Origin: Sminthopsis crassicaudata
Taxonomy: Eukaryota
Length of the DNA stretch: 64,000 nt
Assembly: GCF_048593235.1 (NCBI RefSeq)
Contig: NC_133622.1
Coordinates: 16,492,001-16,556,000 of the forward strand
Direction: 5' to 3'
Shown here: in pieces, positions 1-12,343 of the stretch
Layout of the letters: every line of letters starts with the position of its first letter
Numbering within the stretch: the stretch's first letter is position 1
Position numbers and translations under genes: made by a program
Notes under the pieces: model-generated
Told to the model about the DNA's origin: nothing
What the model saw: the letters and a program-made list of their open reading frames with translations, nothing else
Databases searched by the model: none

Positions 1-1075
1 CAGCATTCATTCTTCCAAAACCCTTGTGTTTCAAATTTTTCCCTCCCTTTCCCCCATTCCTTCCCCTAGACAGCAAGTAATCAAATATATGTTAAACATG
101 TACAATTATGCAATTCTTCTATACATATTTCTGCAATTATACTGCTCACGAAAAATCAGATCAAAAAAGGAAAAAAATGAGAAAAAACAAAATGCAAGTC
201 AATAACATCAAAAAGAGTGAAAATGCCATTTTGTGACCCATACTCAGTTCCCACAGTCCTCTCTCTGGTTGCAGATGGCTCTCTCCATCCCAAGTCTATT
301 GGAAGTGGCCTGAATCATCTCATTCATTCTCATAAGTATTGTTGTTGCTTTGTATAATGATCTCCTGGTTCTGCTCACTTCACTCAGCATCAGTTCCTGT
401 AAGTCTTTCCAAGTCTTTCTGTATTCATCTTGCTGATCTTTTCTTACAGCACAATAATATTCCATAACACTCATATACCATAACTTATTCAGCCATTTTC
501 CAACTGATGGGCATCTTCTCAGTTTCTAGTTTCTTGCCACTACAAAGAGGGCTGCCACAAACATTTTGGCACACGTGGGTCCCTTTCCATTCTTAATGAT
601 CTCTTTGGGATACAGATCCAATAGAAACACTGTTGGACCAAAAGGGTATGCGCATTTTGATAACTTTTTGGGCATAGTTCCAAATTGTTCTCCAGAATGG
701 TTGGATCCATTCACAACTCAACCAACAATGCATCAGTGTCCCAGTTTTCCCACATCCCCTCCAACATTTGTCATTATCTTTTCCTGTCATTTTAGCCAAT
801 CTGAGAGATGTGTAGTAGCATCTCCGAGTTGTTTTAATTTGCATTTTTCTGATCAATACTGATTTAGAGCACCTTTTCATATGACTAAAAATGGTTTTAA
901 TGTCTTAAAATTGTCTGTTCATATCCTCTGACCATTTATCAGTTGGAGGATGGCTTGAATTCTTATAAATTTGAGTCAGTTCTCCATATATTTTAGAAAT
1001 GAAGTCTCTATCAGAACCTTTGTATGTGAAAATGTTTTCCCACTTTATTGCTTCCCTTCTAATCTTGTCTGCACT
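1..1075 (-). mobile_element. L1 3' fragment (ORF2 C-terminus plus 3' UTR), decayed; runs off the window start
   Basis: Minus-strand ORFs MKRCSKSVLIRKMQIKTTRRCYYTSLRLAKM...[15 protein letters not shown] and ...LYPKEII...MFVAALFVVARN match the L1 ORF2 C-terminus, broken by stops and frameshifts. Confidence 0.9.
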
Positions 1076-1590
1076 TTTATTTTCAAAATACATGCAAAGA
1101 TAGTTTTCAATATTCACCCTTGCAAAACCTTGTGTTCCCGATTTTTTTTTCTCCTTCCCCCACTCCCTCTCCTAGATAGCAAGCAATCCAATATAGCTTA
1201 AAAGTGTGCAATTCTTCTAAACATATTTCCCCATTTATCATACTGCAGAAGAAAAATCAGATCAAAAAGGGAAAAACAAGAAAGAAAAATCAAGCAAACA
1301 ACAATAATAAAAAAGGTGAAAATACGATGTTGTGATCCACATTCAGTCCCCATAGTCTTCTCCATGACAAGTCTATTGGAATTGGCCTTAATGACCTCAT
1401 TGTTATAAAGAGCCAAGACCAGCACAGTTGATCATCACATATCTCATTGCTGCTGTGTACAGTGATCTCTTGGTTCTACTCTACTTAGGGTTAGTTCATG
1501 TAAATCTTTCCAGGCTTCTCTAAAATCATCCATAACCTTCACATACCATAACTTATTCAAATTCCCCAACTGATGGGCATCCACTCAGTT
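1076..1590 (-). mobile_element. Second L1 3' UTR fragment
   Basis: Repeats the same marsupial L1 3'-end motifs as 1-500 (caatattcacccttgcaaaacc, aaatcagatcaaaaaggg, gggcatccactcagtttccag). Confidence 0.8.
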
Positions 1591-1756
1591 TCCAGTTATA
1601 GATTATTATTTATAAGGGAAAAAAATGATTATATTTTTATAGAAACTTTTAAAAAAGACTTTAAAAGCAATTGATAAGATTGAGGATTTTGAAGGAATTA
1701 GAAAGTCTCTCTGTCTCTTTCTCTCAATATATATAAAGGTTATGTTGTGCCTCAGT

Positions 1757-2408
1757 TCCTTTTTTTTTTTTTAATTTTATTATTTTTAATATGACTTTTA
1801 ATTTACCAGATGATATCCATGGTAATCTTACAGCATTGACAATTGCCAAACCTTTTGTTCTAATTTTTCCCCTCCTTCCCCCCACCCCCTCCCTCAGATG
1901 GCAGGTTGACCAATACATGTTAAATATGTTAAAGTATAAATTAAATACAATATATGTACAAAAAGAATCAGACTTCTAAATAGTGTACAATTAGCCTGTG
2001 AAGGAAATTAAAAAATGCAAGTGAATAAAAATAGAGGGATTGGGAATTCTATGTAGTGGTTCATAGTCATCTCCCAGAGTTCTTTTACTGGGTGTGGCTG
2101 GTTCAGTTCCTTACTGCTCTATTGGAACTGATTTGGTTCGTGTCATTGTGGAAGATATCTATGTCTATTAGAATTGATCATCATATAGTGTTGTTGAAGT
2201 ATATAATGATCTCCTGGTTCTGCTCATTTCACTCAGCATCAGTTCCTGTAAGTCTCTCCAGGCCTCTCTGTATTCCTCCTGCTGGTCATTTCTTACAGAA
2301 CAATAATATTCCATCACATTCATATACCACAATTTATTCAGCCATTCTCCAATTGATGGCATGCACTCAGTTTCCAGTTTCTGGCCACTACAAAGAGGCC
2401 TGCCACAA
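1757..2408 (-). mobile_element. L1 3' end with poly(A) tail (poly-T on + strand)
   Basis: T-run at 1760-1772 followed by the L1 3' UTR; ORF piece MPSIGEWLNKLWYMNVMEYYCSVRNDQQEEYREAWRDLQELML. Confidence 0.9.
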
Positions 2409-2870
2409 TCAGTTCCCTTTTAAAGTCCTGACCCAGTTTCCCTATTTGTCCTATTCAGTCACTCTGCCTCAGGTTATAACCATTCCCTCTTAATGCTTGA
2501 TAGGATAAAGGTCTTATCTTATACCTTAGGCTATAGTCATTTCCTCTTAATGTTTGATGGGATAAAAGTCTTTATTCATTTTAGACATCATTAGAATATC
2601 TGGAGCCTCTCTAGTACTTCCAATTATGTCATCCTAAGTACCTCCCCCCCATTAGTTCATCCCCATCCAGCTTCCCCCCATTATGTCATCCTTCTTGTTA
2701 CACCATAAAAGAATCTTGTATCTGACATTTGCTGCTGGATTCTTGGAGACCATAGTCTCCTTCAGCCCTGGGACCAAACCATGGATCCATTTGGTCCCAG
2801 TACATCTCTCCCTTTTAAATAAATTATTATAATGTTCTCTAATCTGTATCCTGCCTCAGTTTCTCCAGCA
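2409..2870 (+). mobile_element. Probable solo LTR
   Basis: Internal direct repeats (ttccctcttaatgcttgat / ttcctcttaatgtttgat; ccccccattatgtcatcc), AATAAA near 2818, and an end ...ctgcctcagtttctccagca resembling marsupial LTR U5 ends. No TSD confirmed. Confidence 0.5.
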
Positions 2871-3547
2871 GTGAGAAGGGTTAGGCATGTAGAGTTTGGG
2901 AACTTTTGAGAAAACAGAAAAGCAGTACATTACCACTTTCAAAACTCTGGCCAGCAAGGAGACTTCATTATCAGAACTCATGCTTGTGGAATCATGCCAG
3001 GAAGAATCTCAAGGTAAATTTGGAGCCCATTTGAAGTAAACCTTGGCACTTAACTGTTTCCTGGCTTACAAAAGAGAAAATGTTTGTGTGAGTTGGGAAA
3101 ACATCCAAAAGGTAATTGAGTTTGACTGGAACATCGAGTTAGAATTTAGTTAATCTCACAAACTAAAACACTGGCTCATTTTAAAATATATTTTAAATTA
3201 TTGTGTGTGTTGAAATTGAAAACTATATATTATATGAGATTCCTGTTTATTTTTGTGATGGTTTCTCATCTTTCTGAAATTTAAAAATTGTTTTCTCCCT
3301 GAACTCAAGGAGAAACTTGTTTGAGGTAACAGGTGGGGAAGCCTTCTAAAAACTCTTAGAGCTGGTACTCTTTAAGAGCTTGGAGCAAGAAAATCCTACC
3401 ACTTGAGTTCACTACTGAATACTGATAAGCAATAGGTTCTTTCTGAGATCATAGAACTCAGATTTGGTTTGTTATCCAGTAACCTGAATATTAGAGCATA
3501 AATTGAAAAACTAACAGAAGGTGGAAACTGTGTTTACAATCTGTGGT

Positions 3548-3900
3548 TATTCAGTTCCAATTGTCTTGTGATGGAGAGCCATCTGCATCCAGAGAGAGGA
3601 TAGGGGGAACTGAATGTGGATCACAACATAGCATTTTTGCTCTTTTTGTTGTTTGTTTTCATTTTGTTTTCTTAGTTTTTTTCCTTTTTGATCTGATTTT
3701 TCTTGTGTAACATAATATTTGTGGATGTATAGAGGGACTATATATGTTTAACAAATATTGGATTGCTTGTCAACCTTGGGCAGGGGGTGGGGGGAGGGAG
3801 GGAAAAAGTTAGAACACAGGATTATGTAGGGGTGAATGTCACAAATTATCCATGTATATATTTTGAAAATGAAAAACTATAATTAAAACAAGAAAAACAA
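3548..3900 (+). mobile_element. L1 3' UTR fragment
   Basis: tgtggatcacaacatagcattt, the G-rich ggggtggggggagggaggg tract and an A-rich end. Confidence 0.8.
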
Positions 3901-4439
3901 CTTAATTTGATGATTACAAAAATCTGCAGTTATTAGCAATAATTTAGGAAATTAGGTATTTCCACCTTTGCCTGTGAGTTAAGGGGAAATTACAGCTAAC
4001 ACTATTTGGCTATTGTGAAAATTCTAAGATTGTTAACTAAATTATTTGGAGTTACTGTCATTATGTTAAAACCTAAAATTGGTAATTACTGTGTGAGGAA
4101 CAAGAGGGATGAGTGAAGCAACATCAAGAAGAGCTCATAGTAGACTGAGAAAGGAACTCAATGCAAAAGGATATTTAAAATTCCCCCTTTATTGGAGAGA
4201 TGGGAGAGTAGGAAAAGGGTTTGGGAAAAGCAAAGAATAGATGTCCAAATTTTATATATCTCAGAGATGGGGAATAATTTGTTAGGAGGCAGAGATAAAA
4301 TCATACAATTGGTATTGGAATTAAGTTGTTGAATCATCAAGTAGTTAAAATGGACCCTCGTCTAGTAGAATATGAATGGCAGGCAATCTGAAAAAGCCAG
4401 GGGATGTTGTGTGTGTTAGAATAGTCTATGTCATTAAAG

Positions 4440-6060
4440 GATTGCAATAAGGAGGAGCTATTAGAACTTTGTATGCCCCCTTTTCTACCCTTATTTTGCC
4501 TCTTAAGAAATCAGATGGGATTTATGGATTAATTCTAGACCTTGGGGGAGCTAGACCTCCTTCCCCAAATTAACTAATCAGAGACACCTTCAGGTTCAAA
4601 GACAAGACATTTATTTAATGCTTGAAGGGAGAGGCCCAGACACACCTGGGAACCATCCCAGGACTTGCAGTGGAACCTGACAACTTCTGGCTTATTGGGA
4701 TTTAAATAGCAAAACACCCAAACCTTTTCATTGGATAAGACTAAAAGGAAGTAACCATCCTTGACCAATGGTCACCAATGTTGTCTGCTTCCTGTGGGTC
4801 ATGTTGATATAAACTGTGATTTTGGAGCAGAAGATAGTCCTGGGTTAGAAATCTCAAACCTCTCTGGGCATTTACTGATTATAATGGACCATTTGATAGG
4901 ATAGGTGGAAGCTTTTCCCTGAGCGCTGCTCCCTCTTGAGAGGTTAGTAGAATCACATTGAAACAAATTATACCTAGATATGGATTGGTAGAGACTATTG
5001 ATTCTGATAATGGAACCATTTTATTTCTAAGGTTTTACAAGAAATAATGGATGGGACTGCAAATTGAATGGCAATTCTATACACTTTGGCAACTGCCCTC
5101 ATCAGGGAAAGTGGAAAGAATGAGTCAGATCACTAAATTGATATTAGAGACTAAATTGCCTTGAACTAAATGTTTGCTTATCGCTTCGTTAAAAATGAGC
5201 ACTGTCCCCAGGAATGGTCTGAGGCTTTCCCCATATGAGATGCTGTTTGGTATATTTGAGAGGAAAAGGGAAACACTCTTTAGAAACAAAGGATAAGTTT
5301 CTAAATAATTATATACTGGCAGTGTCCTCATCCCCATCAGCCTTAGGAAACAGATTACTGGCCCAGACAACAGCTTTGGAGTTTGAAACTCCAGAAGATG
5401 GGGTGCTCTGAAAGGAGCAGAATGGGAAGGACCTTATTAGATTTCACTGATGACTAAGAGTGAGGCTCAAAAAGTTCTTGAATAGACCTGTGGAGGAACC
5501 TCAAGAATGGACTGTAAAGGACAACTTATAACCTCTAAAACTAGCTTTGCAGTTACTTTCCTTCTTGTGTTTCTTCTTGTATAGGATTCTTGTCACTCCT
5601 TGAGAGTCTCAGAGCAGGATGGTTGCCTCTGGGAGAGCATCACCTCGGGATATCAGTGTGTTTCAGTTGGTGATAGTGCCAGGAAGATGCAGCAGATCCT
5701 GTGATGGCCAGTTTTTCCCTATATTTCCTTGGGTCTCTTTGAAATAATTAGAAAATGGCTTCCACACAAATTTTGATTGTTAAGAACTGGTATTTGGTCA
5801 AGGATGGAGAAGAGATTGAGAACCTGCATTGTGGTAGAGTAAGCTTGAAGTGTTTGGCCCAGAGGGTCTTTGTGGACAGTGAATTACTGGATGAGTTATA
5901 ATGAGAGATCAGTATTGTGAGGGAATTTGGTGTGAGGAATTCAGTGTCTAAAGTGAAGCCACTGGGAAGGAGTGAGTAAAAAGTGGTTGGAGAAAAAGAT
6001 TTAGTTGGTGTACAGGAGACAAAGAACATGGATTTCTGGTGTCAAGAAGATTCAAGTTCG
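4440..6060 (+). mobile_element. Decayed class I (gammaretrovirus-like, ERV1) internal region: RT fragment, integrase, possible env remnant
   Basis: ~4455-4545 translates as ELLELCMP...ILPLKKSDGIYGLILDL (RT: PILPVKKSDGSYRLVQDL). ~4870-5250 gives HLLIIMDHLIG*VEAFP...IIPRYGLVETIDSDNG...SSGKVERM...LSPYEMLFG (integrase core). WEGPY occurs at ~5425. Many stops and frameshifts. Confidence 0.8.
4550..4790 (-). mobile_element. Possible LTR fragment nested in the ERV pol region
   Basis: Interrupts the RT homology. Read on the minus strand it carries CCAAT (cattggat), a TATA-like element (tttaaatag) and AATAAA (tttatt ~4611) in LTR order. Confidence 0.4.
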
Positions 6061-6415
6061 AATATAGCCTCTGTTTGCCTTCGTTTTCTCAAGTGTGAAT
6101 GGGAAATTTAGTGATTTAGAGCTTTTTTTTTATATATGACTTTAATTTCTTCATTTGAAAATTGTTCATATCCTTTGATCATTTTATCAATTAAAGAATG
6201 TTATACATTTGATTTTTATTATAGGCTTATATTATATTTATAGCCAAACACTGCTATAAATCCCCCCACACACCTTTCTGCTTCCCTTCTAATTTTGACT
6301 GCTTTAAAAATTTTTAATGTAATCAAAATGATCCCTTTTTTCCTTTCCCAGTATTCTCTAGTTCTTCTTTGGCCATAAATTCCTCCGAAGTTCTAACAAG
6401 CAGATTATCTCTTTC

Positions 6416-6773
6416 TCCTTTTTTTTTTTTAATTTTATAATTATAATTTTTTTTTTACAGTATAAATGCATGAGTAATTTTTTTTTAACATTATCCCTTG
6501 TATTCATTTTTCCAAATTTTCCCCTCCCTCCTTCTACTCCCTCCCCTACATGACAGGCAATCCCATACATATTAAATGCATTACAGGACAACCTAGATAC
6601 AATATATGTGTGTAAATCCCATTTTCTAGTTGCACATTAAGTATTAGATTCCAAAAGTATAAGTAACCTGGGTAGATAGACAGTAGTGCTAACAATTTAC
6701 ATTCACTTCCCAGTGTTCCTTCTCTAGGTGTAGTTATTTCTGTCCATCATTGATCAACTGGAAGTGAGTTTAT
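6416..6773 (-). mobile_element. Young-subfamily L1 3' end
   Basis: Poly-T then ttttataattataa...atgcatgagtaatt...cattatcccttgtattcatttttccaaa, shared with the copies at 19378 and 54941. Confidence 0.9.
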
Positions 6774-6994
6774 CTCTTTTTCTCCTAATTTGTTTGTAGT
6801 ATCACCCTTTGTGATCATTAAGGGCATATTGTTCTTGATGATAGTAGCTGTGATTTGATGCAGTTAAAATTTTTAACCTGAATTTGGGGTCCGAGATCCT
6901 AGATTTAAATCCTGATTTTGCTTTTTGTTGCCTGTAAAACCTTAGGCCATTTACTTGCCTGTTTTTTCACCTAGTAAATTAAAAGATTACTTGT

Positions 6995-7136
6995 NNNNNN
7001 NNNNNNNNNNNNNNNNNNNNNNNNNNNNNNNNNNNNNNNNNNNNNNNNNNNNNNNNNNNNNNNNNNNNNNNNNNNNNNNNNNNNNNNNNNNNNNNNNNNN
7101 NNNNNNNNNNNNNNNNNNNNNNNNNNNNNNNNNNNN
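6995..7136. other. Assembly gap (N run)
   Basis: Run of n characters. Confidence 1.
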
Positions 7137-7299
7137 TAAATCTTATAATCTAAATTAAATCCTACATCCAGAAGAAACCTTTGAACTACTTAAAGATAGC
7201 TCTTCTGGCTCTTGGTCCCATAGAATCATTGGCTTAGAGCATTTTTGTTTGCCATGTTACATTTTTGATTCATATTAGCCATAATCTACTGAAACCTCC

Positions 7300-7880
7300 A
7301 CGTTCCTTTTTTACATGAAATTTGTTTAATAGCATTTTCCCTTTTTTTGCATTTGTGCTGTGGACCTTTTGACTTCACATTTACGCCTATGAAATTATTT
7401 TCCTCTCAATCCCTGTTATAGCCTGTCAAAATTTTTTGAGTTCCTGATTCTTTTATCTCACACTTTAGCAATTTCTCTTAGCTTTGTGTCATTCATAAAA
7501 TAGATAAGGACACCTTCTTTGTCTTTCATATTAACTGTAATTGATTAAAAAAATTCAACAAACATAAAGAAATCCACCATCTTTTGTCTTTTAGGTTGAC
7601 ATTAATCCTTGAATGAGCCCTTTTTAAGCTTAATGACTCTATCATCCAGTTTATGTTTTTCATATTACCACAAGCTTATCATAGAATATTTAGTCAATAA
7701 TCATCCATCAATAAACATTTATTAAGCCTTTACTTTATACCTGACATTGTGCTAAAATCTGGGGATGCAAAAGGAAGTCCCCTTGCTCAAAGAGCTCATA
7801 ATCTAATGGAGGAGGCAAGAAGCAAACAAATAGGGACAAACAAGGTAAATACACGATAAATAGGAAGTAATGGAGAGAGT
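7300..7880 (-). mobile_element. Ancient L3/CR1 remnant (~7300-7660) followed by an L2 3' end (~7690-7880)
   Basis: ttagctttgtgtcattcataaaatagataagg resembles L3; aataaacattttattaagcc...cccttgctcaaagagctcataatctaatgg resembles the L2 3' terminus. Confidence 0.5.
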
Positions 7881-7959
7881 ACAGGCATTTGGCCTTTGGC
7901 TTTCAGATTGAATAAGTAAAGATGGATTTTTCAGAGACCCCCACTTGGGGTAGGACTGT

Positions 7960-8259
7960 AATCAAAAGTCCACTTGAACAAAAAGCCCTTAAGACTGAGA
8001 ATATCCTCGGAGTCCTTCCCAGTTTACTTCAGGGATTATTATAATCCTATCAGTGCATCAAAATTCCTTCAATTCTATGACTACTTGTTTCTAGGCACTG
8101 AACTGAAATCAAAAGTCCACTTGAACAAAAGGCCTACTTAAGAACAAAAAGCCCACTTTAGGCTGGAAGGATCTTATCTGTATTCTTCCAGAGCTTATTA
8201 GGGAAATATAATCCTATCAATGCATCAACATTTCTTCACCCAATAATCACTGGTTTTTA
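7960..8259 (+). repeat. Diverged tandem duplication, period ~147 bp
   Basis: aatcaaaagtccacttgaacaaaa at 7960 and 8107; tataatcctatca(g/a)tgcatcaa present in both copies. Confidence 0.85.
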
Positions 8260-11200
8260 GCTCTGGGCTACAACTTTGCATGATATGGAGTAAGAGGGAC
8301 AATAAATATGGATATAACTTTATGGCTTCCCTTCTTTTGAAGCTTACCATCTGCGGCGGGAGGTACATGGTGTCTTGTCTCCTCCAGTAAGCTTCTGGAA
8401 AGAGAGACTTTTTTTATATCCTATTTACGTATTTCTGTGTGGAGTCTCACACAGTTGGTCCTCAGTAACTGTTGAATAAATGAATGAAGAGTACTATCTG
8501 TTTGTTCCTAGATTAAAAAGTGTTTGGAGTCATTTTGAAAAACTCAGCCTTCAAACATATTCCATCTCCCAATTTACAAAGCTAAAAACTCTTTTGGTCT
8601 GACTTTCCCTTTGTTTTTGTTCTATTTTCCATCTGTGACTTCATGAATGGTGGATTTTGAACAAAGAAACACCTTTTGCAGTGTCTAAATAGGAATGAAA
8701 TTTCCACACCCTATTCTTCTGCCTCTTCTATCAAGTAGTATGTGAGATGGTGGCTGGTTTGTGCTGGTGACTAGTTCATGAGTTTCAATTGTTCTCTGAT
8801 TTAACAAGCTGCTCCAAGCCAAGAGAGTCCTTTGGCAAGCAGAGGGGAAAATATAATAATAGCATTAACAACACAGCTTCTTCCAGTCTTTCAGGCAGTT
8901 TCATAGTAATTTCTCTTCCCCTCATTACAATGATGCTCATTAAATAATTTTTTAATAGCTTAAAAAAATCAGAGCCTACTGAATACCACACCTTTCACTT
9001 AGAAGCAGGACAACTTCAGGTTATAGGCATATTCTCATTGCATGGGACAGAGGGCAAATTGGTGGACTATGTGAGCTGTAAACAGTCTTATGGGAAAATT
9101 AGTAACAACTGGCTCCTCGGTCAGTTCATTATTAGTGAAAGCAGATATATATATGGAAAAATAAGATACTAAATAAAAAAAGAATATAAAAATATGTAAA
9201 CATTTATATGTACATACATCTATAGTACCTTATACATAAAGAAAAATGCTAATAGATTATCCATACATATTAAACACACAATGCATAGTAGATATGTGAT
9301 ACAATATATACATTATCTCCTTGTATATATTTAAGGCTTCTTAGGAGACATTTATTTTGGAAGAAGTTTAGTGGATTGTCTCACATACTGGTTATCACAA
9401 AAGTTGCCATTTCTACCCAAAGATATTCATTTCTTTGCTCTGTAAACAGTGATCTGGTCAAGTTAAAGACCTTAAGGAGCTGAGGGACTATTTGGCAAGC
9501 TAGCTGGTTCCACAAGGTTATTATTCAGGATAGCGTAGCATCAGGCTCCTTGCTCAAGGGTCTGAATTTCATCTCAAGTAATTTTGAGGTGACTCACCCC
9601 AGAACTTTGCACCTGACAAGTGTATGGCCCAAAGGGATGGCTGGATATTATTCTTTTTGTTGAAGCTTGCAGATTTGCAATCATTCCCCTCTCCACCCCG
9701 GGAGCATCCTTTTATTTTCTAATTTTAAAAGGTAGGAATACAAAGGATTCCACATTGTGAACAGGTAGAGACCTCCAGGATCATTTAGTAGAACCCTCTC
9801 ATACTGAGGCTAGGAAAGAGACATGACTATGTCAGGGTCGGCAGGCCAGAAAGGCAAAGGTAGCCAGCACAGGGCCAGGGGAAGCCTGATCAAGGTGACT
9901 CTTCTCTCGGCCTAGGGAGGGGGCCTGGCTGAGCACCCAGGAGGACAGGAAGCTGACAGTCTTGAATTTGTCCCATCATCTGATGGGGAGTGAGGTAGGC
10001 CCCGGCCCCTAGATCTGTCTAGGCCCAGCAACAGCTGACCACTGGAACAACCAAAATTCTGTTCTGTTTCTGTACTGAGTCCTTCCTCCAAGGCTGGAAG
10101 CATTGCATGCTGCTGAACCTGGGCCGGCCTTGAGGCTGGTGGGGGGTCTGGTTCCATAGAAATATTGCAAGTGAAAATCCAGACTTCTTGTTCTCTGGAC
10201 ATAATCTAGATCCTTCTGAGTTGGGAAGTGCTGGGCGGAGCTCTACTGGAGATCTGGGCCTTGTTCTGCCTGAGCACATCAAGGGAGAGATCCAGCAGGG
10301 GGAAGATGGGGTCAAGCTCTGTCAGCATCCTGTTTTCACAGGTTGTAATCAGATCCTTTTCTTCCATTTTGGTGGCTCCTCTGTCCTTTGTGGTAGTAGT
10401 AGGGATAGTGTGGGAAGAGACATCAGAGCCCTTTTCTTTGAGGGTAACTCCCTGAATGATCTTAGCAAGGGCCCCCTGCACATTCAGGATCAAGGGGCGC
10501 TCAGAACATACAAAAGAGACCAAGGTTAGGATTCCCTTCCTCCTGCTACATCAAGAATTGTTTTTATACTCTTGCCTCCAGTGCCCACCCAATCAAAACA
10601 GGTGGGTCAAAGAAAGAGCAGATGTCTCTCTACGACGTTAGCTACTCTTTGCCCCATGGGTGCTGAGAATGGAAGGCCTGGAAGCTGGTTGGATGGAAAG
10701 GATCCGGAAACTCCAGTCTTCCCTGACCTTTGTGACAATGAAATGGCAGGGAAGGATGGGAGTCCTGGAAACGCCCCCACCACAAAGAATTTATTCAACT
10801 GGATTGCCAATGAAAAAGCGAATCAGCTGATGTGGAAATACAGCACATGGACTCTCCACATTGGGAGGGGTCTCAGAGAACTTCTAATTTGTTTGACACA
10901 TCCCTGAGCAATCCCCTCTCTGCTATGTATCCAGCAATCGGCCTTGCAGGTTGTGCTTGTGAGGGGAGTCTAGCTCTGAGCTATGATTTTGATAGATTGC
11001 TCCAGTTTTTAGAAAGTTTTTTTTTTTTTTTTTTTCTATCATGAAGCAAAAACAAACAAACAAACAAACAAAAAACCTAACAGATTTTTTGTTCCTAACT
11101 CAACCTTCTTAGGTCCTATATGTCAGTATAGATGTATAGACAGTCACGGCCATAGACAAACATTATGGCCTTTAGAAAGGTGGGAGAGATAATGGTGTTT

Positions 11201-11684
11201 TTGAGGGATTTGGGGGGCAACGTCTCTTGGGGTATCTGGGATATCACAGAAGTTTCCTAGATGGGAAGGGCTTTGAAAGCAGGGATTATGTTTCATCCTT
11301 CTGTATACAGAGGATGCCCTGTCTCTAACCTCCAGCAACAGCCTGGTGGGTATGGATGGACTGCATTTCAGTAAATCTCAGTCTAACTTAATGGAAACGA
11401 GTACAGTACTGTGGAACAGGAAGGAGCCCAACTCTGCTGCTTTAAACTCAAAAACTAAAAAAAGATATTCATCTCCTCAGGCCTGGGACACAAGTAGGCA
11501 GTTTCTAAGGCCCAAATCTGCTGTTCTTTTATAACCTAGCAGAATTTTAAAGCAGAGTAGCCTGATGAAGGGTAATCTCGTGGAGTAGACCTAGTAGCCT
11601 GTGGTTTCCAAGTGGCAGGGTCTGTGAAGGTGGCCCCCTGGTTTATACGATCTATGTTCTGCAAGCAAAAGACCAATGTGGGGT

Positions 11685-11829
11685 GGGCAGGTAGGTGACA
11701 TAGTGGTTAGAATACCGGATCTGAAGTCAAGAGAATCTGAATTCAAATCTTGCCTCAGACACAACACTTCCTAGCTGTGTGACCCTGGGCACTTAAGTCA
11801 CTTAGCCCAATGGCCTCAGCAAAAACAAA
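11685..11829 (+). mobile_element. CORE-SINE (WSINE1-like)
   Basis: gggcaggtaggtgacatagtggttaga...ttcaaatcttgcctcagacac...ctagctgtgtgaccctgggc...A-rich tail. Confidence 0.85.
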
Positions 11830-12312
11830 GACCTGCTCAGAAGGTCTTAGCTCGAAGCTCCTGCTCAGAAAGACAGAAAACTAAGTTAACCTCCCATTTT
11901 TTTTTTTTTTTAAATAGATTCTCTTTCTCTGGGCCCAGCCCACATCTCTTTGAATGACTGAACGAATGAATGAATGAATGGGGGGAAAAAAGCCACAACA
12001 TTTGTTAAGCAGTTTCTGAGTCAACCATTAAAATTATAAATACAAAAGTGAAGCTAGTGCTCCTCCTTAGAGCTAATGTTATTGTTATTGTCTGGTAATC
12101 TCTGTTGGGGCTGACTCTTGGTGACCTGATTTGGATTTTTCTTGGCAAAGACTTTGGAGTTTTTGCCATTTCCTTTTCCAACTCATTTTGCTAAAGCTAA
12201 AAGAAAAAGCCACATATTTCACATCCTCACCTGGAGGGTTTTTTTTTTTTTCCTCCTTAAACAAAGATGGCAGTTTTAGGGTTAGGAGCTTCAGTAGAGA
12301 AAATGTACAAAG

Positions 12313-12343
<31 letters not shown>

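Noticed and set aside
9912-10907. Cluster of overlapping 60-113-aa ORFs on both strands, suggesting a processed pseudogene
   Set aside because: No recognisable protein homology in any frame; the ORF density is explained by moderately high GC.
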